Shown here piece after piece: positions 1 to 12,331 of a DNA stretch of 64,000 nt; position 1 is the first letter of the stretch, and each line of letters opens with the position of its first letter. The translations under genes and the position numbers were made by a program. Source of the stretch: Owenia fusiformis (lineage: Eukaryota); NCBI GenBank assembly GCA_903813345.2, contig CAIIXF020000001.1, forward strand, positions 34,038,001 through 34,102,000, in the 5' to 3' direction. The notes below the pieces were generated by a model that was given only the letters and a program-made list of their open reading frames with translations, had not been told where the DNA came from and ran no database searches.

Positions 1-2525
1 TCGAACTTGGAGAAACTTAGATAGCACAGTTTGTGACCTAATTTGATGACCTTGACCTTTGACCTTAAAATGTTTACTTTTTTCGACCTCACTAGGCCTT
101 TTTGATTACGCTGACTTAAAATTGAATCCAAAGATTCAATTTAAAAAATCAACTTTTCTGACATTTCGAAGGTCACTGAAGGTCAACTAAAGGTCAAAGA
201 TCAAATCTGAGGTCAGATTTGGACTCCTGGGAACATGTAGATGATTTTTAAAAAAATTGGTCACATTGAAGCAAGTTGAAAAATGACCTTTTTTGACCGT
301 TTTTGACGTCAAATATCATTTAAATGATAATGTACAGTCTAAATTTGATAAATGCGAAAAAATAATGAAAAGCTGGCAAAGTAGACATTTAACATTACTG
401 GGTAGAATTACACTAATCAAGTCATTATTGACATCTCAGTTTAGTTATTTAATGCAAACTTTTGTAATGCCTGACAATCTGCTCAATCGAATCAATGTTC
501 TCATGTTCAAGTTCCTCTGGTCAAAAAGCAAATTTAAAGAGGAAGATTTAAAACGTGTGCCAGAAAAGGTAAAAAGAGATATCATAATACAGGATTATAA
601 CAAAGGTGGTTTAAAAATGATTAATGTACATGATATCCAGAAAGCTTATTTATTAAAGTGGGTTAAAAACCTGTCAACACCAGGCAATGGTGCATTTAGA
701 ATATTACCTTTATTGTACTTTAATAAACTAGGCAAAAACATGAGTGTGTTTAAGTCTTCTGTATCAGAAGCTAAATTCATAGGGATTGATAACATTAAGT
801 CTAAATTTTATAAAAGATTGTTAACCACGTGGTTAGAATGTAATAAGAACCATGGGATTGAAAATGATTATTTGTTTAATAACAGAAATGTATTGTTTAG
901 ACAAAACCCTTTATTTTTTCCAAATTGGATCAGATCAGGTCTAATTTATATTTCAGATGTACTTGTAAATGAAACAATGATATCTTATGACCAACTATGT
1001 ACAACTCTCCTAAGAAATGGTGAAACTTGGTTTCAGTATACAACAGTCAATTCCATTATTTCAAGACTGTTAATAAACAGAACTATTCCACAGCACTGCG
1101 AGCCTTTATCTTTCAGAAACATTAATGTAAGAGAATTGACATGTAAAAATGTAAGACTTGAATTAACTAAAGACAAGTTGCTCATTGGTCCAGATAGATT
1201 TAGTGAAAAACAATGGACCCTTACAAAAGAATTATTTAAAGAAACAAAAATAATTGAACTACAGTGGAAAATTATGCATGGAATATTTCCTACCAGAAAA
1301 TTAATGTACAAATATCAAATTGAAGAAGTACAAAATGAACTCTGTCAAAGCTGCTTAGTGCAAGACAATCTGTTACATTACATTATTGGGATAAGCATTT
1401 CCCAGGTATAACCTGTAATGACATTTTATTTGGTAATCCTATACTTACCAAGGTTGCCTCTAAGAAAATTATCCAACTTAAAAATTGTATTGCTGTTGGT
1501 AAACAGAACAATATTAGTATTTACTATTTAGCTGATTCCATTTTCTGATTCTTGAAAAAGATTGTTTTTTATGTAACGTAACAACACTCTCTGTAATTTG
1601 TATATAATTTGTTGATTTTAATAAAAAAAAAAAAATCTAAAAAACTGTAAAAAATTAATGCTGACATATAGTGAACAATTTGTAGGGAAAACCTAAATCT
1701 AGTCTCACTTTAATTCATCGCAAGAAATAATGAAGTATAAGGACAAACTTGAGAAACTTGAAAAAAACTTGAGTTGACTTAGATTTTGACCTTTGCACTT
1801 GACCTACATAAAAAATATTTAAAAAATTTGTTCAATTTGAAGCAAGTTAAAATTTGACCTTCAAAAATTTCAAATTGACCCTTTATCAATTTTTGAGCTC
1901 TCAAAATTGGGACAAAATTCTATTAGATAGTCAATTGCTAATATGTGTAGAAACCTTAGAGAAGTGTATATTCCGACTTCTGATTAAAAATATTGATTTG
2001 TAGTCCCGGAGTCTCTTTAAATGTTTGGAACTACTTTGAATTTAAAAAATAAGCAATCAAAGGATCATATTGAAGCAGTATATGTAAAAATAGAAACATT
2101 TATACATGTCCTAACTTAGAAACTTAGATAGCACAGTTTGTGACCTCATTTGATGACCTTGACCCTTGACATTGAAAAGGTTTACTGTTTTTGACCTCCG
2201 TAGACTGTTTGTAATTAGGCTAAACTAAATTTGAATCCAAAAACTCAATTTGAAAAAAAACTGTAAGAAGTACCTCTAAAGGAATATATATCCTGACTTT
2301 TAACCTAAACTATTGATTTGTAGTCTCGAATTTTGAGAAACTTGGTATAGCACAGTTTGTGACCTGATTTGATGACCTTGACCTTTTGACCTTGAAAATT
2401 TTACTTTTTCAGACCTCAGTATGTCTTTTGTGATTAAACCAACCTAAATTTGAATCCCAAAAATCAATGTGAAAAATCAACTTTTTACCTTTCGAATGTC
2501 ACAGAAGGTCAACTAAAGGTCAAAG
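1..2525. repeat. TGACCT/AGGTCA-rich composite interspersed repeat (Helentron/HINE-like non-autonomous family), interrupted by a LINE at 318-1635
   Basis: Recurrent blocks such as gcacagtttgtgacct..gatgaccttgacctttgacctt and gaaggtcaactaaaggtcaaa. Reverse-complement copies lie at ~9480-12330 and ~23880-25620. The Helentron assignment is inferred from the tandem-core plus microsatellite architecture. Confidence 0.7.
318..1635 (+). mobile_element. 5'-truncated L1/Tx1-clade LINE (post-RT region and C-terminal Cys/His finger of ORF2, 3' UTR, poly(A))
   Basis: ORF 293-1411 contains WQSRHLTLLGRITLIKSLL, KGGLKMIN, QWKIMHGIFPT and CQSCLVQDNLLH, all typical of the L1/Tx1 ORF2 C-terminal half. AATAAA plus an A-run at ~1620-1635. 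The empty site gtcaaatatc|tcaaaaacgg is visible in the reverse-complement repeat copy at ~24930-24955. Confidence 0.85.
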
Positions 2526-2629
2526 CTATGCTTCCGGGGTGAAATGTGCCTGTTTGGATTTTTGAAAGTCAATATATCAACTATAGAATTCTGCAATATC
2601 AGAAAAATCATATTGGACTTTTTGGGTAA

Positions 2630-4061
2630 AGCGATGTTCACACCAACGGCGAATGCCACGCTTTAAATGGGCGAGCAAAGCGCCGTCATTTTTGTCATTT
2701 TTGTTCATACCAACGGCGCTTTGATGGTGCTTTAAAGCGGCTTGTAAAGCGGCACCAAAGCGTAACAAAGCTTGATTAAAGCGTCGGGGTCGTAATAGGT
2801 CGTACACAAGCTCGGATTAAAGCGGAATATTCGGCAAGAGCGCCAAAAAATTTTAAACTGTTTAAAAAATTTGGGCGCTCTGTTACGAATTGATTAAAGA
2901 CCCAATTGATTAAAGGGACTTGTAAAGCGGCACCAAAGCGTAACAAAGCTTAATTAAAGCGTCGGGGTCGTAGTAGGTCGTAGAAAAGCTCGAAGTAAAG
3001 CGGGATGTTCGGCATGAGCGCCAAATTTTTTTAAACTGTTTAAACATTTTGGGCGCTCCGTTACGAATTGATTAAAGCGCCGAGAGCGTATCAAAGCTTA
3101 ACAAACCGTAACAAAGCTCGGCAAAGCTTGACCCAAAGCGTAAGAAAGCTTAACAGAGCTTGGTTCAAAGCAGGGACCCCAGTCTATTCACGGTCTGTTA
3201 CCATTTGACACGCTTCGGACCTATAGTCTCAAGCTTTGTTACGATCTGGCATGAAGATCTGACATGAGGTCAGACGCTTTCATCAATATCTGACACTCTT
3301 TGTTACGCTTTCATGAAGGACTCTCAAGCTTTTGAACGAATTGAGACGCTTTAATCAAGGATTGAAACGCTTTGTTAAGCTTTGCTACGCTTGACAAGCT
3401 TCCTCACGCTTTCTCACGCTCTTTCACGCCGTGCGACAAACATCATGTCTTCTTCAGATAGGTCATGATCTGGTCCATCTGGAAATTCTGGATCTTGTTG
3501 TTCTGCCATCGTCTTCTCGAGTCACAGATGCAATGGTTTTATGGATCTACTGGTCTTTATACAGCCATTTGATCAAAAGCGTCATGATAAAGGCGATCTC
3601 GAAAATGCACAACAGAGCTTGGCAATCGTATCAGAGCCTGATTAAAGCGTCATGATCGCACCAAAGCGTAATAATGCTTACCAAAGCTTATCAAAGCGTG
3701 ATTTTAAGCGTAACAAAGCCTTGTCGAAGCTGGATCATAGCGTGAGGAACCGTAACAAGTCGGGAAATCAGAGCGTATCAGAGCTTATCGGAGCGTTACA
3801 TTACTTAGGAGATCGTGAGATTTTTGGAAAAGTTAACATAAATGACAGCGCTTTGCTCGCCGATTTAAAGCGTGGCATTCGCCGTTGGTGTGAAAGTAGC
3901 TTTAAAAATGTTTGGCGCTCTTGCCGAATATCCCGCTTTACTCCGAGCTTTTCTACGACCTATTACGACCCCGACGCTTTAATCAAGTTTTGTTATGCTT
4001 TGGTGCCGCTTTACAAGCCGCTTTAAAGCGCCATCAAAGCGCCGTTGGTGTGAACGTAGCT
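2630..4061. mobile_element. Non-autonomous TIR element (PIF/Harbinger-like), composite with two right termini (3901 and 4061)
   Basis: Left end TAA|AGCGATGTTCACACCAACGGCG is inverted to CGCCGTTGGTGTGAA(A/C)GTAGCT|TTA at 3901 and 4061. Long internal inverted blocks (2700-2880 vs 3905-4060). TWA-type flanks. Confidence 0.65.
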
Positions 4062-4539
4062 TTAGTAATACCATATTGATATCAGTTTATAATGGCAGTC
4101 AATGAGGATTTTTGTATGTGACTTATGGCTAAATATATTAAGAAAACTAATTTTTTAGGAATGTGCTTGTATGGTTTTTAAAAAGTCAATATATCAACTA
4201 TACAGTAAAAATTTAAATGTTTGGAACTACTTTAAATTTAAAAAATAAGCAATCAAAGGATCATATTGAAGCCGTATATGTAAAAATAGAAACAGTTATA
4301 CATATCCTAACTTTTGTATATTTTAGTTTGTTTTGTAGTTTAGCTATCATATCTCTGCCCTCTTATATGTTGATGCTTCTCTGCCATGTTATTTTCGGAA
4401 AAATTAACATGGCTGAAACTCCCTAAATTACAAAAGGCCACAGCTTTGCTGCACATTATACATAACTATCTGAAATATACAAAAGTTAGGACAATTGCAT
4501 ATGGAAGCTTACGTTAGTAAGCATCATTTTTGGGGAAAC

Positions 4540-5316
4540 ACGTGTGTTCTAACTAAACTCCTCCCCTATCTATCAATCAGTCACGCATCTTGATCGTAAA
4601 CTTCAGGGTAGTCTATCGTAGTCAGTGTTGTATCAAGCGATTGATCAACACATCTTCAGCTCAGTGCGCTAGCTATTACATTGCAATTTTACCCTACGAT
4701 AAGGGAGAGCACCAGTCTGAGGAACCGTCTGCTAACGAAATGAGGGAGAAGCAAGTATCCAGTAAAATTTCTAAAACGGCTCTCAAACAGTTGTACAATG
4801 ACAATGTGAATGATAAACAAAACAATTCAGAGGAGATCGAGGTTACGTTTAATCCAGAAACCCGTGCCGGTACGACAAGGGAAGAATCTCTAAATTAACT
4901 GAATGAAGCTGTACGTGGTCTCTCCGAGGTAGTAATTAACTCGTTAAAAGAAGGAATACGTCCGGGTACAACAAACCAGCAACAAACGCCCCAGCCAGGA
5001 ACCAGTCAGACAAACAGTACGCCATATATGACATCCCAAAATTTCGGGCTGGGAGCTACAGGGATTGCGCAAGGTAATCTTCCTATAATAGATATCATAT
5101 CTCCTAGCACCAGAAAGGCAATCGTAGCCGGCAAATACGTTAATTTTGCCTGCTTACTCGTCCCTTACTATGAGATAACTAAGACACCCGCCTTAGAAAC
5201 GGATGAGCATGGAAATCTATCCTTGAAACCTATTAATATGGATAACGATCCAAAATTGAAAACACAACTGTCCATCGGGGAGTTCGTCACAGCGTTTGAG
5301 AAATTCAGGAGAGTTA
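4540..5316 (+). mobile_element. Fragment of a tyrosine-recombinase retrotransposon (DIRS/Ngaro-like) gag-like ORF1, pseudogenised
   Basis: ORF 5028-5357 reads LPIIDIISPSTRKAIVAGKYVNFACLL...DPKLKTQLSIGEFVTAFEKF, matching my recollection of the Ngaro/DIRS ORF1 pattern (II.GK.VN.A.LL, L.I.EF..AF). An in-frame stop at 4898 lies upstream. The fragment is cut at TA 5315-5316 by a Tc1-like end. Confidence 0.6.
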
Positions 5317-5540
5317 CACTCCCCTCCATAAGTTTGGCAACCTTTTTCCCCCATTGAACTACGTGTTAAAGCCTCTTTACGTTTGAATTTTTATTTACTT
5401 AACCGGCGATGAAATAACTTATAATATTAATGGAAACGTAACTTGACTTTATTTCAGATACCTCCAAATTTTCTCAATTTTTTCCTCAATTACATTAGGT
5501 CGAAAATTGATGATAAATTTGATGATTTTTTGAAAATCGT
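5317..5540 (+). mobile_element. Tc1/mariner-like element left end (copy 1)
   Basis: TA|CACTCCCCTCCATAAGTTTGGCAACC. About 220 bp are closely similar to 61775-61999, and both copies follow a TA. The opposite terminus was not found. Confidence 0.65.
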
Positions 5541-6391
5541 CATTCCCATGTAATCCAATGGGAAATGACGGGTTCGGGGAAAATCAGAAATCAGGATATC
5601 TTTTCAGTAAAAGATTCAGCATGTTGGTTGTCATACGATTAAACCATGGTTTTAAAGAATTTTAGCATAACATCAATGGAGATTTGGCCCAAGTTTTTTT
5701 AAAATGTCATGGAGAATGATTTAAATGACATAAATGTGTAAATCAAAGCTATTGTTGTAGAAAACATATCACTGAATTCAAATATGCTATTAAAAAGAAA
5801 GAAAAGTAAGTCATTAGAGGTAAAATGTGCAAATCTCTTAAAATCTCATGAAAAAACGAGAATTAGCGAGATTTCAAAATCATTTAGAAACTCCTCTATT
5901 GGATCGATATATGTACAGAATTCTGGAGATCCATAACTCACACCCTGTACGGAAAGCGAAACGGGATGTACCGCAGAATTTAAAATTCAATGGAGTTTTA
6001 ACATGGGAGTGATATCGCACACCGCGGCCCAGTCAGATCGATTTCTGCGCACTTTATTTATTTAATTCACTTTGCATAACGCGGCCCCTGTAATCCATTC
6101 AGTGCGCGCGGGTCTATGATTGCCGCGATAAATTAGAAAATATGGTGTCTGTGAATTGTGAATATTTGCATAACGTAATATCACATCGCGGCTAACTAGT
6201 GGCTCGACCGCGCTTTGTGATTTGTTCATAACTTTGACATTGTCTATTGCGGTGTTGTTGCTAGAAAGTACGGAAAGCGAAAAGAGACCCCGCGTTATAT
6301 TAAAATCCAATGGAGTTTTAACATAGCAGAGATATAACACACCGCGGCCCAGTCTGATCGATTTTTCCGCACTTTATTTCTTTAGCCAGAT

Positions 6392-7877
6392 CACGCCTTA
6401 CCATCGCGTAAGCAGGCGTCACCGTACAGCGTCAAAAAATAGCGGAGTACAGTTTTCTGTACGGTAACGCAAATTAACTGCTTTGAAGCAAAAACTATGA
6501 CAAGGGTTTTAAAAAATTAATTTGATGAAAACTAATACGATTTCATGTGAAATAAAAACAGCATTCTCTTAGAAATGGTTTTAACTTTCTGATTATGATA
6601 AACGTTTTACGAGCACTGTTCGGATTTTTTCTGAGTGAATCGGCCCACATAATCGACCAGAGTGAAAAAAGGTTGTTTTTTTTCACATTTTGTTTGGTTA
6701 TTATTTTCCCTACCGTCTGAGAGTATGGATTATTTTTATGAGAATATGTATTTGTTACTTACACATTTTAGAACGGGCGAAGATTCAGCAAACAACCATT
6801 CATTATGTATTTTTAAAAAAGATCAAATTTGTACGGTGACGCACCAGCTGTACGGTGACGCTATGCTTTGATGAACTAAATGAGACTAAGATTGTATGAA
6901 ATGGAAACTCAGGAGTATGATCATTTGTTCATATATAGTGCATGGGCGCTACAGTTCAACGATATCTTCCACAGCTAATGGAAGGTTACTGGAAATGTAT
7001 GATACGGTAAAGATCATGAAACCAAAAACTCTCTTCTTGCTATGTTATTGATGTTTTAAAACAAGGGATGTCACAAGTAAATCTCACCTTGCACGTGTAA
7101 CATTTTAGGATGAAAGATGCAATATCTTGCATGGGGTAAAGATGGCTGTGTAGGCTATCTTTGTTTGTCATATGAAAAAAGGCTGGTTTTGTTCAAATGA
7201 TACCAAAGCATAACGTCAACTTTCAAATAGTTAATTCCGTGAAAACTAAAAATATCGAAATTAATACTTCCTGTCCGCCATCTTAAATGCGAAGGTGACG
7301 GCTGTAACCTTCGCTTGATACTTACAAGTGATAATGTACATGTAGATCTGACGCTTCTATACCTCTTGTTCGAACAGTAAGCTTAGAGCACTTCATAAAA
7401 TCTAAGGAAGCGTCACCGTACAGCTGATGCGTCACCGTACAGTTCTGATCTTTTTTAAATAAATACACTGAATGATTATTTGCCGAATATTCATCTGTTC
7501 TAAAATGTGTAGATAACAAATACATATTCTCATAAAAATAATCCATACTCTCAGACGACAGGGAAAATAATAACCAAACGAAAAGTGAAAAAACACCATT
7601 TTTCTCTCGAGTCGATTATGTGGGCCGATCCAGTCAGAAAAAATCCGAGCAGTGCTCGAAAAACTTTTATCATAATTAGAAAGTTAAAACCATTCCTAAG
7701 AGAATGCTGTTTTCATTACAACCGAAATCGTATTTATTTTCATGTAATTAATCTTTTTAAAACCCTCATTATTGTTTTTGCTTCAACTCAGTTAATTTTC
7801 GTCACCGTACAGAAAACTGTACTACTGTATTTTTTGACGCTGTACGGTGACGCCTGCTTACGCGATGGTTAGGCGTG
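6392..7877. mobile_element. Non-autonomous DNA transposon with ~480-bp TIRs, CAC...GTG ends and 5-bp TSD CAGAT (Transib-like)
   Basis: CAGAT|CACGCCTTACCATCGCGTAAGCAGGCG ... CGCCTGCTTACGCGATGGTTAGGCGTG|CAGAT. 6392-6870 is an inverted match to 7400-7877. Confidence 0.85.
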
Positions 7878-8247
7878 CAGATAACACACTGAAAATATCG
7901 CGCTAAAGATAGTATGCTTGCCGCGATATCGTTTTCTGTCAATAAATACCCTACAAGAAAGGGTAGCACAACGAATTCAACTTTTTTTCGAAAGACTGCG
8001 GTCATGACCCGCGATATTGTAATTTTGGATTACAGTGATACCTCTAGAGAGGATATCTTTGAGAATTACAGATTTGAGTGCGCAGAATTATAAAGTCAAA
8101 CTGACCTCAAAATGGTAGTACACAGTGTACACTGCCATCTTTCAATAACGTGTATACTACACACCTTCGTATACAAAATACCAGAATGATTGATATAATA
8201 CCTGTATACCATTTTTTCTGGGAGAAGGAAAGTTCCTATATGTATTC

Positions 8248-8442
8248 CAGGGCCGTAGCTAGGGGGCCTCATCCCCCCTCCCCATTGCCAAATATTCGTT
8301 CAAAATCATGCAGTTTTTCACCATTCTTAACACTTTTCGCATGATTTTTGTTGCCAAAACTGTCAAAAAGTCCCCCCCCCTCTTGGAAAAAATCTCCCCC
8401 TTGGTAAAACACTCCCCCAGGTTAATCCAGGATATGGGCCTG
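8248..8442. mobile_element. Small MITE (CAGG...CCTG ends)
   Basis: TATTC|CAGGGCCGTAGCTAGG ... CCAGGATATGGGCCTG|TATTC; imperfect TIR with duplicated flank. Confidence 0.55.
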
Positions 8443-8949
8443 TATTCTTAGACGAGATTGTTTAAAGAACGTTAGTCAGACACAAGTGCCACCTGATAGG
8501 AGATCTTTTATAATTAGCAGCCTGGTAATTGCATCCCCCTCCCACTTCATACTCCATACACTTACATATTATTACAATTTAAAATCAATTTTATCTGTGT
8601 TTATTATTTGACTGTAGAAGGTGTACATTAATTCAAATAACTCCACAATTTGATATTTTTCCATGGATCTTTTGGAATATGTTTGTAAGGAGTCGATGAT
8701 TATTTGCTCGATCATAATATTTCCTACTATTTTGCCTTTATCATGTTTATGAAAATGAGTAAGTCTGTTCGTTATTTTATATTTTGAGAAATAAATTATT
8801 ACATAGAACAACATGACATGACATGATAAATAATTAAGCTTAATGAAGTTAGTGAGTAAGAAAGATGGCACTGTTGCAGAAAAGACAGAGTTACTTTTGT
8901 CTACCGCGGTCGATTTCTACTTTCTAGCAACAATACCGCAATAGACAAT

Positions 8950-11900
8950 GTCAGCCAAGAGTATGCTAATAGTGTTAGCCTTTTGCCGTCAAAAGGTATT
9001 TTGACCTAGTTTTGAAATATAATGTCCAGAAAGTAGGTCAACAAAAAATATCTTCAAATTTATTGTTTGAGGATTCAAAATAATAGTAAATTCTCTCAGG
9101 ATTCCAAATCTGAAAACCGAATTGAAATCAGACTACCGGTTTAGATTATACGCCATTTTGAAATTTCAAAAAGTCAACATGATGGTAACCTGGAAGAAAG
9201 TAAAAAAAATCGAAGAAGATATTGAAAAATCAATCCATGTATCTATTTATTGATCCATTAATTAATTATTTATCTGTTTATTAATCTATTCATTATATAT
9301 TTGTTTACCTATTTTATGTATTCGTTTTTCTCTATATATATCTATTTATTTATTTTTTATTGATATATTTATCAATTTATTCATCTTATTATTTATTTAT
9401 CTACTTATTCATTTATTTATATATCTATCTAACTTGATCTATTTATTTATTTATCTATAAACTAAAAACAAATTTGTCATCTGGAGTCTGAAATTGAACT
9501 TGTTCAAATTTCCAAATCTAGGTCAAATCTAAGCTTTTTCAAGTTTCTCAAATCCTGACACTACACTTCAATATTTTTGGCTGAATTTTTGCATACAGAT
9601 AGATATTAGTATTAGTTAGCCCTTTGCCGTTTAGACAAATTTTGACCAGATTTTGAGATATTGAAGGTCAAAAAAAGGTAAAAAAGGTCTACAAGTTGTC
9701 AGGATTCCAAATCTGACCTTACTTTTGACCTTTGACCTTTAGTTGACCTTCTGTGACCTCGGAAAGGTCAAAAAGTTGATTTTTCAAATCAATTTTTTGG
9801 ATTCAAATTTAGGTGTATCTAATCACAAAATACATTAAGAGGTCCAAAAAATTAAAATTTGCAAGGTCAAAGGTCAAGGTTATTGAATTAAATCACAAAC
9901 TGTGTTTTCTAAGTTTCTCAAAATTGGTGACTACAAATCAATATTTTTTAATGAAAGTCTGGATATATATTCCTCTAAAGGTTCTTCACATATTTGCAAT
10001 CGATTATTTATTCAAAATTTTGCACCAGTTTTGAGATATTAGAGCTCAAAAACTGAAAAAGGTCAAGTTTCGAAAATTTTCAAGGTCAAATTTCAACTTG
10101 ATCTAAATTGACCCATTTTTTAAATCGATTTTCTGGATTTGAATTTAAATATTCAATCACAAAAGACCTACTGAGGCCTAAAAAAGTAAAATTTGCAAGG
10201 TCAAAGATCAAGGTCATCAAGATAAAGCACGAAATGTGTTTTCTAAGTTTCTCAGAATTGGTGACTACAAATCAATATTTTTTAATGGAAGTCAGGATAT
10301 ATATTCCTTTAAAGGTTCTACACATATTAGCTATTGATTATCTATTAAAATTTTACACCAGAGATATTAGAGCTCAAAATCTGAAAAAGGTCAAATTTCG
10401 AAATTTTTCAAGGTCAAATTTCAACTTGATCTAAGTTGACCAAAATCTCATCTACAAGTTCTCAGGATTCCAAATCTGACCTTACTTTTGACCTTCGACC
10501 TTTAGGTGACCTTCAGTGACCTCGGAAAGGTCAAGAAGTTGATTTTTCAAATCGATTTTCTGGATTTAAAGAATGGGAATCGATATGGCGAACACACGTT
10601 CCTCTTAAACCAGTCATCAAAAATTTCTGAAAATCTTACAAATTGTCAATTTAATGGCCATCTTTTGAATGGTAACAATATAATTTGAAATAGATATACA
10701 TTCTTTCATCTATATTGTTTTAAAAAACACATCAAACACTTGTTTTGTTCTTGGTATCATGTTTCCAGAGTGAAATGAAACATCTTTCCGAACCTCATTG
10801 GAACAAAACGACAGAAACACAACATGTTTAGGTCTCTCAATATTGTAATTGTACAAAGGAAATTTTGGTTGATTTTAAAAAAGTATCTTGTTAATGAAAT
10901 AAAAGGTTTTTCTTGATTTTTACCTATTTTGGGGGGATTTTGTTTTAATTTTTTGAATACTGTTTTAAAATGAACCAAAAATTCCTTTGAATACTGAGAG
11001 GTCTAAAAACATGTTGTATATGCTATTTTGTTCCAACAAGGTTCGGAAAGACATTTTATTTCATTCTCAAGAATTGGTAGAAAGGAGCAAAAACAATTGC
11101 ACTAAAAAAACAAAAATGTTAACAAAAACAGTTATATAAAATATTTCTAAATAATTTTTGCATTAAATTGTTGTCAATCAGTCAACATTACATAAAATAC
11201 GATGTTTTTTACAGAATGATTTCAATGATTGGTTTAAAAGAAAAACATTGTTGAATTCAGTTCTCCATATCGATACCTATCCTTTAGGTATAGTTAGTCA
11301 CAAAAGACATACCGAAGTCTAAAAAGTAAAAGTTGCAAGGTCAAAGGTCAAGGTCATCAAGCTAAATCACAAACTGTGTTTTCTAAGTTTTTCAGAATTG
11401 GTGACTTCAAATCAATATTTTTTTTCAAATTTCGAAATCTTTTAAGGTCAAATTTCAACTTGCTCTAGATTGACCAAACCTTTTTTAAAAAACCATCTTC
11501 AAGTTATCAGGAGTTCAAATCTGACTTTAGTTTTGACCTTTGGTTGGCCTTGGAAGAAACCAGGTAACCAACTTCATAACTTACTTAGTAATATACTTAG
11601 TTACTGACTTAGTAACTTACTTAGTTAGTCAATAACTACTTAGTAACTAGCTGACTTAGAAACTGACTTAATAACCATCTGTTGACCATTGGTTGACCAT
11701 ATAAGGCCAAAACGCCTACGGGCCTCCGTAAGATTGCTTGCAATCTTGATCTCTAGTTATTTATTATTCTTTCAAAGCATTTTTATCCTACTTACAACTA
11801 GCTTTCAACTACTTACTATATGCTCCTACTAGAAACCTGGGGTGGAATAGGAGGGAAAATATTGTTTTATCTAGGTCAAGGTCAAAATCTAGGTCAAATC

Positions 11901-12331
11901 TATTTTTTTCAAGTTTCTCAACTTTGTCCTTATACTTCATTATTTTTTTTTCTTGCGATGAATTAAACTGAAACTACATTTAAGTATTCACTACAAATTG
12001 TTCACTATATGTCAGCATTAAATTTTTACCGTTTTTGAGACATTTGACGTAAAAAAACGGTCAACACAGGTCATTTTTTAACTTGCTTCAATCTGACCAG
12101 ATTTGTTTTTAGAAATCATCTACAAAATTCCCAGGAGTCCGAATCTGACCTCAGATTTGACCTTTAGTTGACCTTCAATGACCTTCGAAAGGTAAGAAAA
12201 TTTAAATTGAGTCTTTGGATTCAAATTTAGGTCAACCTAATTACAAAAGACCTACTGAGGTCTAAAAAAAGTAAAATTTTTCAACGTCAAAGGTCAAGAT
12301 CATGAAATTAAGTCACAAACTGTGCTATCTA
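8950..12331. repeat. Array of the AGGTCA-rich Helentron/HINE-like repeat with TATT and ACTTAGT microsatellite tracts
   Basis: Tandem degenerate ~350-400 bp cores, TATT/TATC tract 9240-9460, acttagta tract 11575-11670, short hairpin agattgcttgcaatct at ~11730. Confidence 0.65.
10568..11286. mobile_element. MITE with terminal and internal inverted repeats (possibly Kolobok-like)
   Basis: aaagaatgggaatcgatatggcgaac vs gttctccatatcgatacctatccttt. Internal inverted arms ~10740-10860 vs ~10980-11095. It interrupts the host repeat. Confidence 0.55.
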
